Origin: an uncultured Spirochaetota bacterium
GTDB lineage: Bacteria > Spirochaetota > Brevinematia > Brevinematales > JAOACQ01
Direction of reading: 5' to 3'
Length of the DNA stretch: 64,000 nt
NCBI GenBank assembly: GCA_963783575.1
Contig: CAWAOD010000012.1
Location: forward strand, 25,732-89,731
Shown: in pieces, positions 1 to 9,032 of the stretch
How positions within the stretch are numbered: position 1 is the stretch's first letter
How the letters are laid out: each line of letters begins with the position of its first letter
Position numbers and translations under genes: made by a program
The notes under the pieces: generated by a model
Database searches by the model: none
What the model was told of the DNA's origin: nothing
Seen by the model: the letters and a program-made list of their open reading frames with translations, nothing else

Positions 1-1
1 A

Positions 2-1195
2 TTATTATCATTTATAATTGGTAATATACTCATTATAAAAAATATAAATATTATTGGTTCAAAAATAAAAGAATTGTCTTTAGGTAAAGGTGATTTAACC
101 ATATCAGTAGATATTAATTCAAATGATTCTATAGGTAATTTATGTAAAAATTACAATGAATTTCTTGGATTTTTAAAATTTTTTATAATTCAGCTATTGG
201 AAGTTAGTAACAAAGGTTCACAAATGAGTAACGGCTTGCGTTCGGTTGCCGAGGAATCTCTGGCCTCAATAGAGAATATAGTATCGATTATAAATTCATT
301 TTCTGACAGAATTCGTAATATTGATAATGGAATTGAAATTACAAAAGCCAATAAAGACAAATTACTTGAATCAAATGATGTAATTACAACCATTATTAAT
401 AAAAATAATATATTTGTAAATAATTTATCTTCAATTATGAATAATTTGCTTTCTTCATTTAAAATAATAGATAATAATACCGACAAGGAAAAATCATTGA
501 GTAATGAAGTTTTAACTCTTTCAAAATCAAGCAAAGATACTTTGACAACTACAATAACGTTATTTGATAATTTTTCTGAATCAGCAAAAATGATTGTAAA
601 TCTAATAGCTGGTATTAATGAAGTCGCGGAAAAATCAAAGCTTCTTGCCTTAAATGCCGCTATAGAAGCTACCCGAGCCGGTGAATCAGGAAAAGGATTT
701 AGAATTGTCGCCGGTGAAATCAAAACCCTTTCAGATACGGCAAAATCAAATGCTGCTATGATGAATAATCAAATTAACATCATGATAAATATTTTAGATT
801 CATTGTCAGGCATAATAACTCAATTAAGAGAAGCATTTGATGTTGTCTTCAATAAAATTACAGATAATTCAAATAATATTAGTGAAATTTCGGAAAATAT
901 TAAATCAGCTTTTATAGTTAACGGAAATGCAAACAATATATTGGATGAAATGAAGATATTGTCTGAGGAATTAAATAACTCTTCAATGATATTCTCAAAT
1001 AGTATCAATTTAATAAATAATTCAAGTAATGAAATTTCGATTGAATCTAAAAAGAATAAAATTATTGTATCAGAGATTTTAAATGGTATTAATGAAATAA
1101 AAAGTGCCGCAGAACAGGTTACAAAAGCAAGCTTGGATAATTCCGAAATCACAAATATCATCAATGCAAAAATAATGAATTTTAAAACCGAATAA
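2..1195 (+). CDS. Methyl-accepting chemotaxis protein (5'-partial; frame is open from the window edge)
   Basis: HAMP-like GKGDLT...DSIGNL followed by the MCP hairpin signature LLALNAAIEATRAGESGKGFRIVAGEIKTLS; no stop in frame +2 upstream of the ORF-track start at 74; very AT-rich. Confidence 0.9.
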   Translation, partial: LLSFIIGNILIIKNINIIGSKIKELSLGKGDLTISVDINSNDSIGNLCKNYNEFLGFLKFFIIQLLEVSNKGSQMSNGLRSVAEESLASIENIVSIINSFSDRIRNIDNGIEITKANKDKLLESNDVITTIINKNNIFVNNLSSIMNNLLSSFKIIDNNTDKEKSLSNEVLTLSKSSKDTLTTTITLFDNFSESAKMIVNLIAGINEVAEKSKLLALNAAIEATRAGESGKGFRIVAGEIKTLSDTAKSNAAMMNNQINIMINILDSLSGIITQLREAFDVVFNKITDNSNNISEISENIKSAFIVNGNANNILDEMKILSEELNNSSMIFSNSINLINNSSNEISIESKKNKIIVSEILNGINEIKSAAEQVTKASLDNSEITNIINAKIMNFKTE

Positions 1196-1511
1196 TATAA
1201 ATTTGATAATAAATAGGGAATGATTTAAACAGCGCTGTTTCTGGCGTTGCTGCCTGAGAGGGCATCCTGCGCCCATAAGCATACAGAGGTTTTAATGCGG
1301 CGGCGCATCCTCACTAGTATTCCGGGTGCTCGTTGGTTTTAAAAAGACAGATAGAACGAGGACGCTGCTCAACTTTTGTCCTTAGTTTTTGAATTTTCTT
1401 TCTGGAAAAGAAATTACTAAAATAGAATAATTTGGATTTGACTTTAATACCCTGCCAGCTAAATCATCTTAGCTGTGTAACATTAAATTACTTTTAAATT
1501 CTTCTAAACAT

Positions 1512-1593
1512 TGCGAGTAGAGGGACTTGAACCCACACGCGTCGCCGCACCAGATCCTAAGTCTGGCGTGTCTGCCAATTCCACCATACTCGC
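1512..1593 (-). tRNA. tRNA-Leu(TAG)
   Basis: Minus strand GCGAGTA...CCAGA-CT-TAG-GA-TCTGG, long variable arm, GGTTCAAGTCC, TACTCGCA. Confidence 0.96.
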
Positions 1594-1661
1594 GCTGTAA
1601 CAAAGCTTCACTTTGTTTCACAAATTTTAAAACTTTGCTCTTCAAGCCCAGGATACAACTT

Positions 1662-2007
<346 letters not shown>

Positions 2008-2023
2008 TTTCCAGGCCATCTTA

Positions 2024-2097
2024 CGCGCCCGGCAGGACTCGAACCTGCGGCCTTCGGATTCGAAGTCCACTGCTCTATCCAGCTGAGCTACGGGCGC
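2024..2097 (-). tRNA. tRNA-Arg(TCG)
   Basis: GCGCCCGTAGCTCAGCTGGATAGAGCA...GGA-CT-TCG-AA-TCC...GGTTCGAGTCC...CGGGCGCG. Confidence 0.95.
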
Positions 2098-2140
2098 AAC
2101 CGTTAATACCTATATATTTTAATTCAATTTTATCTTTCTG

Positions 2141-2214
2141 GGTGGACAATGGGATTTGAACCCACAGCCCCCGGTTCCACAGACCGGTGCTCTAACCGTT
2201 GAGCTATGTCCACC
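2141..2214 (-). tRNA. tRNA-His(GTG)
   Basis: G(-1)GTGGACA...CCGGT-CT-GTG-GA-ACCGG...GGTTCAAATCC...TGTCCACC; G-1:C73 His identity pair. Confidence 0.96.
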
Positions 2215-2220
2215 AGGTTT

Positions 2221-2294
2221 TGCGCCTGACAGGAGTCGAACCTGTGGCCCACAGCTTAGAAGGCTGTTGCTCTATCCAGCTGAGCTACAGGCGC
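2221..2294 (-). tRNA. tRNA-Arg(TCT)
   Basis: GCGCCTG...ACAGC-CT-TCT-AA-GCTGT...GGTTCGACTCC...CAGGCGCA. Confidence 0.96.
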
Positions 2295-2298
2295 ATTT

Positions 2299-2373
2299 TC
2301 GGGGCGAGAAGATTTGAACTTCCGACCCCCTGCTCCCAAGGCAGGTACGCTAACCAAACTGCGCTACACCCCG
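2299..2373 (-). tRNA. tRNA-Pro(TGG)
   Basis: CGGGGTGTAGCGCAG...CCTGC-CT-TGG-GA-GCAGG...AGTTCAAATCT...CGCCCCGA. Confidence 0.96.
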
Positions 2374-2409
2374 AGACAACAAGCTTCTTTCAGCTACAAA
2401 TTGGTAATT

Positions 2410-2438
2410 ATTTTAATTTTATTTTGTTGAAAAGTCAA
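2410..2438 (-). promoter_or_regulatory. sigma70-type promoter of the tRNA operon
   Basis: Minus strand TTGACT-17 nt-TAAAAT about 35 nt upstream of tRNA-Pro. Confidence 0.7.
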
Positions 2439-2697
2439 ATTTTACAGAAAAATAAAATTTTGTAAATAATTTTTAAGTTACGATCATTGTTAGCTGTTTT
2501 AATGTTTATAAAAAGATTTTCATTTAATTATCATAATTATACAGTGTTGTAATTTCGTCAATTGATAAAGCTCTGTTATAGATAAAGTCCTAATGAATAA
2601 AAACTTTTTGTATCATTAAGATATAAAGTCTTCAGTGCGTGAAGCTGAATATTAATTATAAAGATTAAAATGATGGATATTAAAATCTTCACCGATT

Positions 2698-2832
2698 TTA
2701 ACCCTCCAGTCTAATCCGATTTGCCGGGGAAGGCTGCTTGTATATACCATCGATATCCACAGGCCAGGGGTCATACCACATTTTTCGGCCCTCGAGGTCG
2801 ATGCCCCAAGTTTTAGTAATCTCAATCGGCAT
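2698..2832 (-). CDS. Small protein, 44 aa (MPIEITKTWGIDLEGRKMWYDPWPVDIDGIYKQPSPANRIRLEG); not in the ORF track
   Basis: GGAGG RBS 7 nt before ATG; GC-richer than its flanks; candidate promoter TTGCGT-17-TACAAT at 2898-2926. Confidence 0.6.
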   Translation of the reverse strand: MPIEITKTWGIDLEGRKMWYDPWPVDIDGIYKQPSPANRIRLEG

Positions 2833-2997
2833 GCTTGTACCTCCGCTTTTTACCAAGCAAAAAGGACAATACATTTATTTTTTATGTTGCATATAACATT
2901 GTACACCTGTATAATATATAACGCAAATGAAAATTGAAGAAGAAATCTGTCTATTATTATGCAAAAAATATAATTTAATACCCGTTGCACTCCTCGT

Positions 2998-3050
2998 TGA
3001 GCTTGTTCCCCGAGTGTTTTCATTGCGCAAGCGAGAAAATGTATCGAAGG
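2998..3050. repeat. REP-like element: TGAGCTTGT...CGAAGG motif interrupted by a GCAA-tetraloop hairpin
   Basis: TGAGCTTGT (2998-3006) and CGAAGG (3045-3050) resemble the motif at 45628 and 62211; internal TTTTCATTGC-GCAA-GCGAGAAAA stem-loop. Confidence 0.5.
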
Positions 3051-3163
3051 AAACATGTTTAGCTGCATTTCTTTTGACTTTTAATAATTTAAGCATCTAT
3101 TATTTTATAAAGAGTTAAGCTTTATTTCCGATATAATAATGTAAACCCTTTTCCGGAGTAGCT

Positions 3164-4093
3164 ATGAATAGATTGTTTCTAATAATCACATTATTATTTA
3201 TTTATATAACATCCGTTTATGCTCAGGAGGCTTCCGATTTTACGGTTGAACTCCAGTTTTACAGGCAGACTTATCATTTAAATGAACCGATACCGGTAAT
3301 GATTAATATAATTAATACATCAGATAAGCCTTTATCTTTTTTCCTGTCGCCACTGATCTATGAATCTTTTATATTTTCACTCAGAACGCCAAGAAATGAA
3401 GTGATACCGTATCTCGGTGAATTTGAAGTTGAGATGAAAGATAACAAATCATCAAGCGGGGAATTCAGGGAAATAAAATTACTCCCACGGGAATCATTTT
3501 CCAGGGTGATCGATATTTCAAAATGGTTCGATATTAGAGAATCGGGTTATTACTATATTAACGGGATTTTTCATCAGAATCCGGATAACAAATCGGAATT
3601 CATCGAATCATTCAACTACAAAATATTTATAAAACCTCCGGAAATGGTTGAAATTGAGCTTTCTGCCGAAGAGCAATCACAGATTTCCAATATGGAAGCT
3701 GTTCAAAAACTGCCGCCTTACGATGTAATACAGGATTTGCTGGACGCTAAGATGAAAAAGGATTGGGACAGGTTTTTAAGCCATATCGATTCCGAAAGAC
3801 TTATAATGTCCTTCCAGGATTATTACAGCGCTTATCTTAACGCGAGCAGCGGCAGATACCGGCTGGAGATCATAGAAGATTTTAAAAAATATTTGACCGT
3901 ACACTGGCAGGACAGGATATTAAGCTATAAATTAGTTGAAAGCCAGATTAAAGAGGATAAAGCAACTGTAATCTGTGATGTCGATTATAAAATGAAGCTA
4001 TATTCCTATACAATGGAATACACTTTCAGCCTTTACAAAAATCATCTCAATCAATGGCAGGTTTATGATTATACCGCTTTAAAAATTAAATAA
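3164..4093 (+). CDS. Secreted hypothetical protein (signal peptide, beta-rich N-domain, NTF2-like C-terminus)
   Basis: 309 aa; GGAG RBS; signal peptide ending VYA|QE; C-terminal DKATV...YTFSL...WQV pattern. Confidence 0.75.
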   Translation: MNRLFLIITLLFIYITSVYAQEASDFTVELQFYRQTYHLNEPIPVMINIINTSDKPLSFFLSPLIYESFIFSLRTPRNEVIPYLGEFEVEMKDNKSSSGEFREIKLLPRESFSRVIDISKWFDIRESGYYYINGIFHQNPDNKSEFIESFNYKIFIKPPEMVEIELSAEEQSQISNMEAVQKLPPYDVIQDLLDAKMKKDWDRFLSHIDSERLIMSFQDYYSAYLNASSGRYRLEIIEDFKKYLTVHWQDRILSYKLVESQIKEDKATVICDVDYKMKLYSYTMEYTFSLYKNHLNQWQVYDYTALKIK

Positions 4094-4122
4094 AAATTTA
4101 TGAAATAAATAAAGGATTAATA

Positions 4123-5337
4123 ATGCTGATTTACCCTGTATCTGGCAATAGTAACAATTTGGAAGACATAATAATAAAAATCGGCTGCTCGGAAAAATCA
4201 AAAAACATATTTCCTAAAAAATTCGACACCCTGCCTATTAAAATAAACGGCATTAAAGCGCCAATGGCAAATATCATAAAACAGGAAATGATTTCCTGCA
4301 AAGGCGATGCCGTTGTCCATTCACTGACAATAGCCTGTGCCATAAAAACTACCGACATACTATTGCTCGGCAATTTATCAATTTATGAGAATTTCATCGA
4401 AAAAATGAAAATTCAGGATTCACATACATTAACTGAGCTTGCGAAGAATCTCAAAGAAGTTTTAGCTGCAATCATTAACAAAAACGGCATTCAGAAGACC
4501 AGGAATAATAAGATTTTGAATTATACCAGACCGGTAATAATGGGAATTCTTAATATTACTGATGATTCATTTTATGATGGCGGAAAATTCAGTAATTATG
4601 AAAAAGCTTTGAAACATTGCGAAGAAATGATTCATGCCGGTGCTGATATTATCGATATCGGGGGAGAATCCTCACGGCCAGGCGCGGAGCCTGTATCCGT
4701 GCAGGTGGAACTGGACCGGATAATCCCGATTGTAAAAGAAATCAGCAAGAATTTTAAAGCAATTATTTCCGTGGATTCATGCAAATCTAAAGTCGCCGAA
4801 GAAGCATTGAAAGCCGGGGCCGATATAATCAACGACATCAGCTCATTCCGGTTTGATCCGGATATGGCCGGTGTTGTAAAAAAATATGGAGCGCTGGCAG
4901 TTTTGATGCATATGAAGGGTACCCCGAAGAATATGCAGGAAAATCCCGAATATTCAGATGTTATCAGTGAATTGATAGAATTTTTTGACGAAAGGATCAG
5001 CTTTATAAAAAATTATGGAATTGATGTAAACAGCATGATAATCGATCCCGGAATCGGATTCGGAAAGAGTCTTAATCATAATAAAGAAATATTAAGACAT
5101 CTATCTTCATTTAAAAAATACGGACTGCCTGTAATGATTGGAGCTTCCAGAAAGTCCTCAATCGGGATGATCCTTAATGATACCGATATTCCAAAAGAAG
5201 CCTCAAGCCCATCGGAAAGATTATACGGCACACTTGGCGCCAACGCGTTTGCTTTTTTTATGGGCGCTGATATTTTCAGGGTTAATGACGTAAAGGAAAA
5301 TTATGAGCTATTAAAAGTAATGAATTCTATAAAGTAA
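4123..5337 (+). CDS. folP: Dihydropteroate synthase with ~135-aa N-terminal extension
   Basis: IMGILNITDDSFYDGG, DIIDIGGESSRPGA, IDPGIGFGK, GASRKS motifs. Confidence 0.93.
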   Translation: MLIYPVSGNSNNLEDIIIKIGCSEKSKNIFPKKFDTLPIKINGIKAPMANIIKQEMISCKGDAVVHSLTIACAIKTTDILLLGNLSIYENFIEKMKIQDSHTLTELAKNLKEVLAAIINKNGIQKTRNNKILNYTRPVIMGILNITDDSFYDGGKFSNYEKALKHCEEMIHAGADIIDIGGESSRPGAEPVSVQVELDRIIPIVKEISKNFKAIISVDSCKSKVAEEALKAGADIINDISSFRFDPDMAGVVKKYGALAVLMHMKGTPKNMQENPEYSDVISELIEFFDERISFIKNYGIDVNSMIIDPGIGFGKSLNHNKEILRHLSSFKKYGLPVMIGASRKSSIGMILNDTDIPKEASSPSERLYGTLGANAFAFFMGADIFRVNDVKENYELLKVMNSIK

Positions 5338-5376
5338 TGGCTTTATTTTTTCGAAAATATAATATTAGAGGTTTTT

Positions 5377-6552
5377 ATGCTTGATTATAAATTCACCTCA
5401 GATTATAAATTTAAAAAACTGGATAAAGATTTTAATAAATGTTTTAAATCAATCAGGAGATTGGACAATAATAAAAAACCTCACAAATTAGCCGCTTTAT
5501 TAAAAGGTATTTTTACAATTTTTAAATTTCCGGGGATCAAAAATTTTTCTATTTCCAATAGAATGCCTGATTTTATTAGAAAACCGAGTCTCAAGAAAAA
5601 TATTTTATTACCTTCATTAATTGCTGTTCTTATCATAACAGTTTTATTGATAATATTTTTATCCTTTAAACCTCAGCAAAAAATCGATAATTACGGCATC
5701 TCATATATCGGAAAAGTTAAAATCCAGGAAGAATTTGATTCTATGGCCAATCCGGAAGGTTCGGGCGGTAACGAAATAAAGTCTTTTGACACTAACAGTT
5801 CCGAATTGAAGTTTTTTTTCTATAAAATTAAACAGGGTGAATCCCTTTACACCATTTCCAAAAAACTCGGTATGAGTATGGATACCCTGATCAGTTTAAA
5901 TAGCCTGGAAAACGCGCATAACCTTGGTGAAGGAAAGAGGATAATTGTTCCGAATCTTCAGGGAATATTGTATTCAGTGAAAAAAAACGATTCTGTTGAG
6001 GAAATATCGAAAAAATATAAGATTGCCAAGGCAGATATCCTTGATGCAAATGATCTTGAGGACGAATCCATAGCCGAAGGACAGATTTTATTTCTTCCCG
6101 GTGCCCAGCTTACCGAAATGGAAAGGGCTAAGGCTCTCGGTTATTTATTTATGAAACCTCTTTTTGGAAGGCTTACATCCGGTTTCGGTATACGCAGAGA
6201 CCCTTTCACAGGCGGTACAGGCTATCATCCTGGGATAGACATTTCAGCCCCGATCGGTACTCTGGTCAAAGCCTCAAAAGAAGGCCGTGTTATCTTTACG
6301 GGATGGAACGGCGGTTACGGCAAATGCATTATTATCCAGCACCAGTTTGGATTTGAGTCGGTTTATGGACACCTTTCCAGCATCGGCATACAGAAAGACA
6401 CATGGGTCAAGGCCGGTCAATATATCGGGCGTGTTGGTTCAACCGGCTATTCAACAGGGTCTCATCTTCATTTTGAAATAAGAAAATTCGGAAGGCCGAC
6501 AAACCCTCTCCGTTTAGGCGGTTTGATGAAAGGCCGGGGAATGTGGTATTGA
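5377..6552 (+). CDS. LysM x2 + M23 metallo-endopeptidase, membrane anchored
   Basis: TM helix; two LysM repeats (YKIKQGESLYTISKK, YSVKKNDSVEEISKKY); HPGIDI, YGHL and HLHFE M23 motifs. Confidence 0.92.
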   Translation: MLDYKFTSDYKFKKLDKDFNKCFKSIRRLDNNKKPHKLAALLKGIFTIFKFPGIKNFSISNRMPDFIRKPSLKKNILLPSLIAVLIITVLLIIFLSFKPQQKIDNYGISYIGKVKIQEEFDSMANPEGSGGNEIKSFDTNSSELKFFFYKIKQGESLYTISKKLGMSMDTLISLNSLENAHNLGEGKRIIVPNLQGILYSVKKNDSVEEISKKYKIAKADILDANDLEDESIAEGQILFLPGAQLTEMERAKALGYLFMKPLFGRLTSGFGIRRDPFTGGTGYHPGIDISAPIGTLVKASKEGRVIFTGWNGGYGKCIIIQHQFGFESVYGHLSSIGIQKDTWVKAGQYIGRVGSTGYSTGSHLHFEIRKFGRPTNPLRLGGLMKGRGMWY

Positions 6553-6667
6553 ACCCGCATTAACAATAATCTATTTTCTTCCATATAAAGAAATTATATG
6601 ATAAAATATTTCAATAACAATAAAACATATTATAATTTAAGAATTGTAATATTCGGGATTATAACTC

Positions 6668-7618
6668 ATGGATCAAATACTTTTATACCTCTTGCAGAAT
6701 CAAAATATTTATGTATCCGGAGAAGATATAGCCAGTAATTTCTCTATTTCCAGAACGGCTGTCTGGAAGCATATTGAAAGGGCAAGAAAACTTGGTTTTG
6801 AGATTGAGTCCAATAATAATAAAGGATATTTAATAAAAAAAATCCCGGAAGATAAAATTATCCCGGAAGTTGTGGAATATTTTTATCAGGGTAAACTTCC
6901 TTTTGAAATGATTGTTCTGGATTCGGTCGATTCGACAAATAATTACGCAAAAAAGATTGTAATAGACGGCAGGGTTGATGATTTTATTGTCACTGCAGAC
7001 AGCCAATTAAACGGTAAGGGAAGGCTTTCAAGAAAGTGGGAAAGCGAACAGGGAAAAGATTTAACATTTTCTCTCAATTTATTGCTGAACAGAACAATAA
7101 ATGAATTTTATCAATATACAATTACAGCGGCTTTGTCTGTTTTTGAGGTTCTATCGGATATCCTGAGATCAAATCCCATTGATATAAGAATTAAATGGCC
7201 GAACGATATATATGTAAACCGTAAAAAGATCTGCGGCATCCTTTCGGAAATGATTACCGAAGGCTTGCTGATCAAGAATATAGTCATTGGAATAGGCGTA
7301 AATATAAACTCTAATCCGGCTTTAACCAGCGCCATATCAATAAAAAACATTTTAAATACGGGGACCGATAAAAATCTGATCTTTTCATTAATAATTAAAA
7401 AATTGTATGAAAACCTTTTATTTGTTAAAAACAACGATTTTAATAATGTTTTTTTAAGATGGAAAACCAATCTAGGGTGGCTGGGAGAGGAAATAAAACT
7501 GGATCTGGGCGACGAAATTATAACCGGCATTCTGAAGGATATTAACAGCGATGGTGCTGTTATTATTTCAAACAATGGCTTTGACCGGGTTTTCTATACC
7601 GGGGATTTGATAACATAA
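6668..7618 (+). CDS. birA: Bifunctional biotin repressor / biotin-protein ligase
   Basis: N-terminal HTH SGEDIA...SRTAVWKHI; DSTN, QLNGKGRLSRKW, IKWPNDI, KICGIL, GIGVN. Confidence 0.95.
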   Translation: MDQILLYLLQNQNIYVSGEDIASNFSISRTAVWKHIERARKLGFEIESNNNKGYLIKKIPEDKIIPEVVEYFYQGKLPFEMIVLDSVDSTNNYAKKIVIDGRVDDFIVTADSQLNGKGRLSRKWESEQGKDLTFSLNLLLNRTINEFYQYTITAALSVFEVLSDILRSNPIDIRIKWPNDIYVNRKKICGILSEMITEGLLIKNIVIGIGVNINSNPALTSAISIKNILNTGTDKNLIFSLIIKKLYENLLFVKNNDFNNVFLRWKTNLGWLGEEIKLDLGDEIITGILKDINSDGAVIISNNGFDRVFYTGDLIT

Positions 7619-7621
7619 ATT

Positions 7622-9016
7622 ATGGAAAAATACCTTTATACATATAAAAAAAAGAAAATCAAGATAAATACCGTATTAGTCTTTCCCAACAGTTATTTTA
7701 TTGGAATGTCAAATCTCGGTTATCAGGCCGTTTTTCATCTGTTGAACTCCAATCCCCGGATAAATTGCGAAAGGGCCTTTCTTGAGAAAGGAACCCCTAA
7801 AATCAAGACCCTGGAATCCGGAAGGGAAATCTCACTATTTGATGTTATTTTGGTCTCAATCTCATATGAAACCGATCTGTTAAATTTGATCAAAGTTTTA
7901 CAAATGTCGGGTATCGAAATACATAATGACAGAAGAAATTCCCCGCTTATAATTATAGGAGGAATTGCAACAACAATTATACCATATTACTTGAAAACCA
8001 TTGCCGATATAATTGTATCAGGCGATGCCGATTTGTTGCTGCCAATCTTATTCAAAGTCATCCTGGACTATTACCCGGGTAAACCGAAATTTGAAATTTT
8101 GGATAAGTTGTCAGATATTCCGGGAATTTACCCCTATAATATAATTAACTCCGATACACTCTGTTACCAGAGGCCTGAGCCGGATAGCCGGAAACCTGTT
8201 CATTCCGTTATTCTGACCGATAAAACGGAATTTTCAAACAGGGGCTTGATTGAAGTGTCTAAGAGCTGCCTTTTTAACTGCTCATTCTGCCTTGTAACAA
8301 ATGCTTACGGCCGGTATTATCCGCTTCCGTCGGATGAAATTTTAACCGCTGCACAGAGATTCATACCTTTTACAAATAAAATCGGGCTTGTGGCGGCTAC
8401 TTTAACGAACCATCCGGATTTTAAAATGATCATTAAGGAATTAAATAAAATGAAATTTCAGGTTTCATTCTCAGCCTTCAGGATTGAAGGCCTTGATGAC
8501 GAACTTCTTGAACTAATCGTAAATAATGAAAATAAGACTCTGGTAATTGCTCCCGAAGCGGCAACAACGGAATTGAAAAATGAAATCAATAAAATCATTC
8601 CGAATGAATTGATATTATCAACAATCAGCAGGGCTTGCGGTCTCGGTATAAAAAGACTCAAACTCTATTTTATAATAGGGTTACCCGGTGAAAAACAGGC
8701 TGATATAGATGAAATTATCAGACTTATTGAAGATATCCGCAAAATATCTTTACAAAATGTAAAAGGTTTCGGTTATATTCCGGAGATTATTATTGACATC
8801 AATCCTTTAGTACCAAAGCCGCTTACCCTTTTTCAAGGTTATCCTATGGAAGATATACAAATTTTAAGAAAAAAAATTATTTATCTGAAAAATAAATTAA
8901 GGGGATTGGGAAGGACTTTTGTTTATGGTGAAAGTCCAAAAGAAGCTTTACTCCAATATCAAATTGCCAACCATACTATTGAGATAGATAAATTGATAGA
9001 TCAATTTGAGCTTTAA
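7622..9016 (+). CDS. Radical SAM protein (B12-binding-like N-domain family)
   Basis: FPNSYFIGMSNLG; CLFNCSFC CxxxCxxC motif; APEA; KLYFIIGLPGE; VPKPLT. Confidence 0.88.
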   Translation: MEKYLYTYKKKKIKINTVLVFPNSYFIGMSNLGYQAVFHLLNSNPRINCERAFLEKGTPKIKTLESGREISLFDVILVSISYETDLLNLIKVLQMSGIEIHNDRRNSPLIIIGGIATTIIPYYLKTIADIIVSGDADLLLPILFKVILDYYPGKPKFEILDKLSDIPGIYPYNIINSDTLCYQRPEPDSRKPVHSVILTDKTEFSNRGLIEVSKSCLFNCSFCLVTNAYGRYYPLPSDEILTAAQRFIPFTNKIGLVAATLTNHPDFKMIIKELNKMKFQVSFSAFRIEGLDDELLELIVNNENKTLVIAPEAATTELKNEINKIIPNELILSTISRACGLGIKRLKLYFIIGLPGEKQADIDEIIRLIEDIRKISLQNVKGFGYIPEIIIDINPLVPKPLTLFQGYPMEDIQILRKKIIYLKNKLRGLGRTFVYGESPKEALLQYQIANHTIEIDKLIDQFEL

Positions 9017-9032
9017 ATTAAAGGAGCCGGTA

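Noticed and set aside
2850..3118. Three overlapping 63-73 aa ORFs
   Set aside because: No RBS; they run through a promoter region and a REP-like element.
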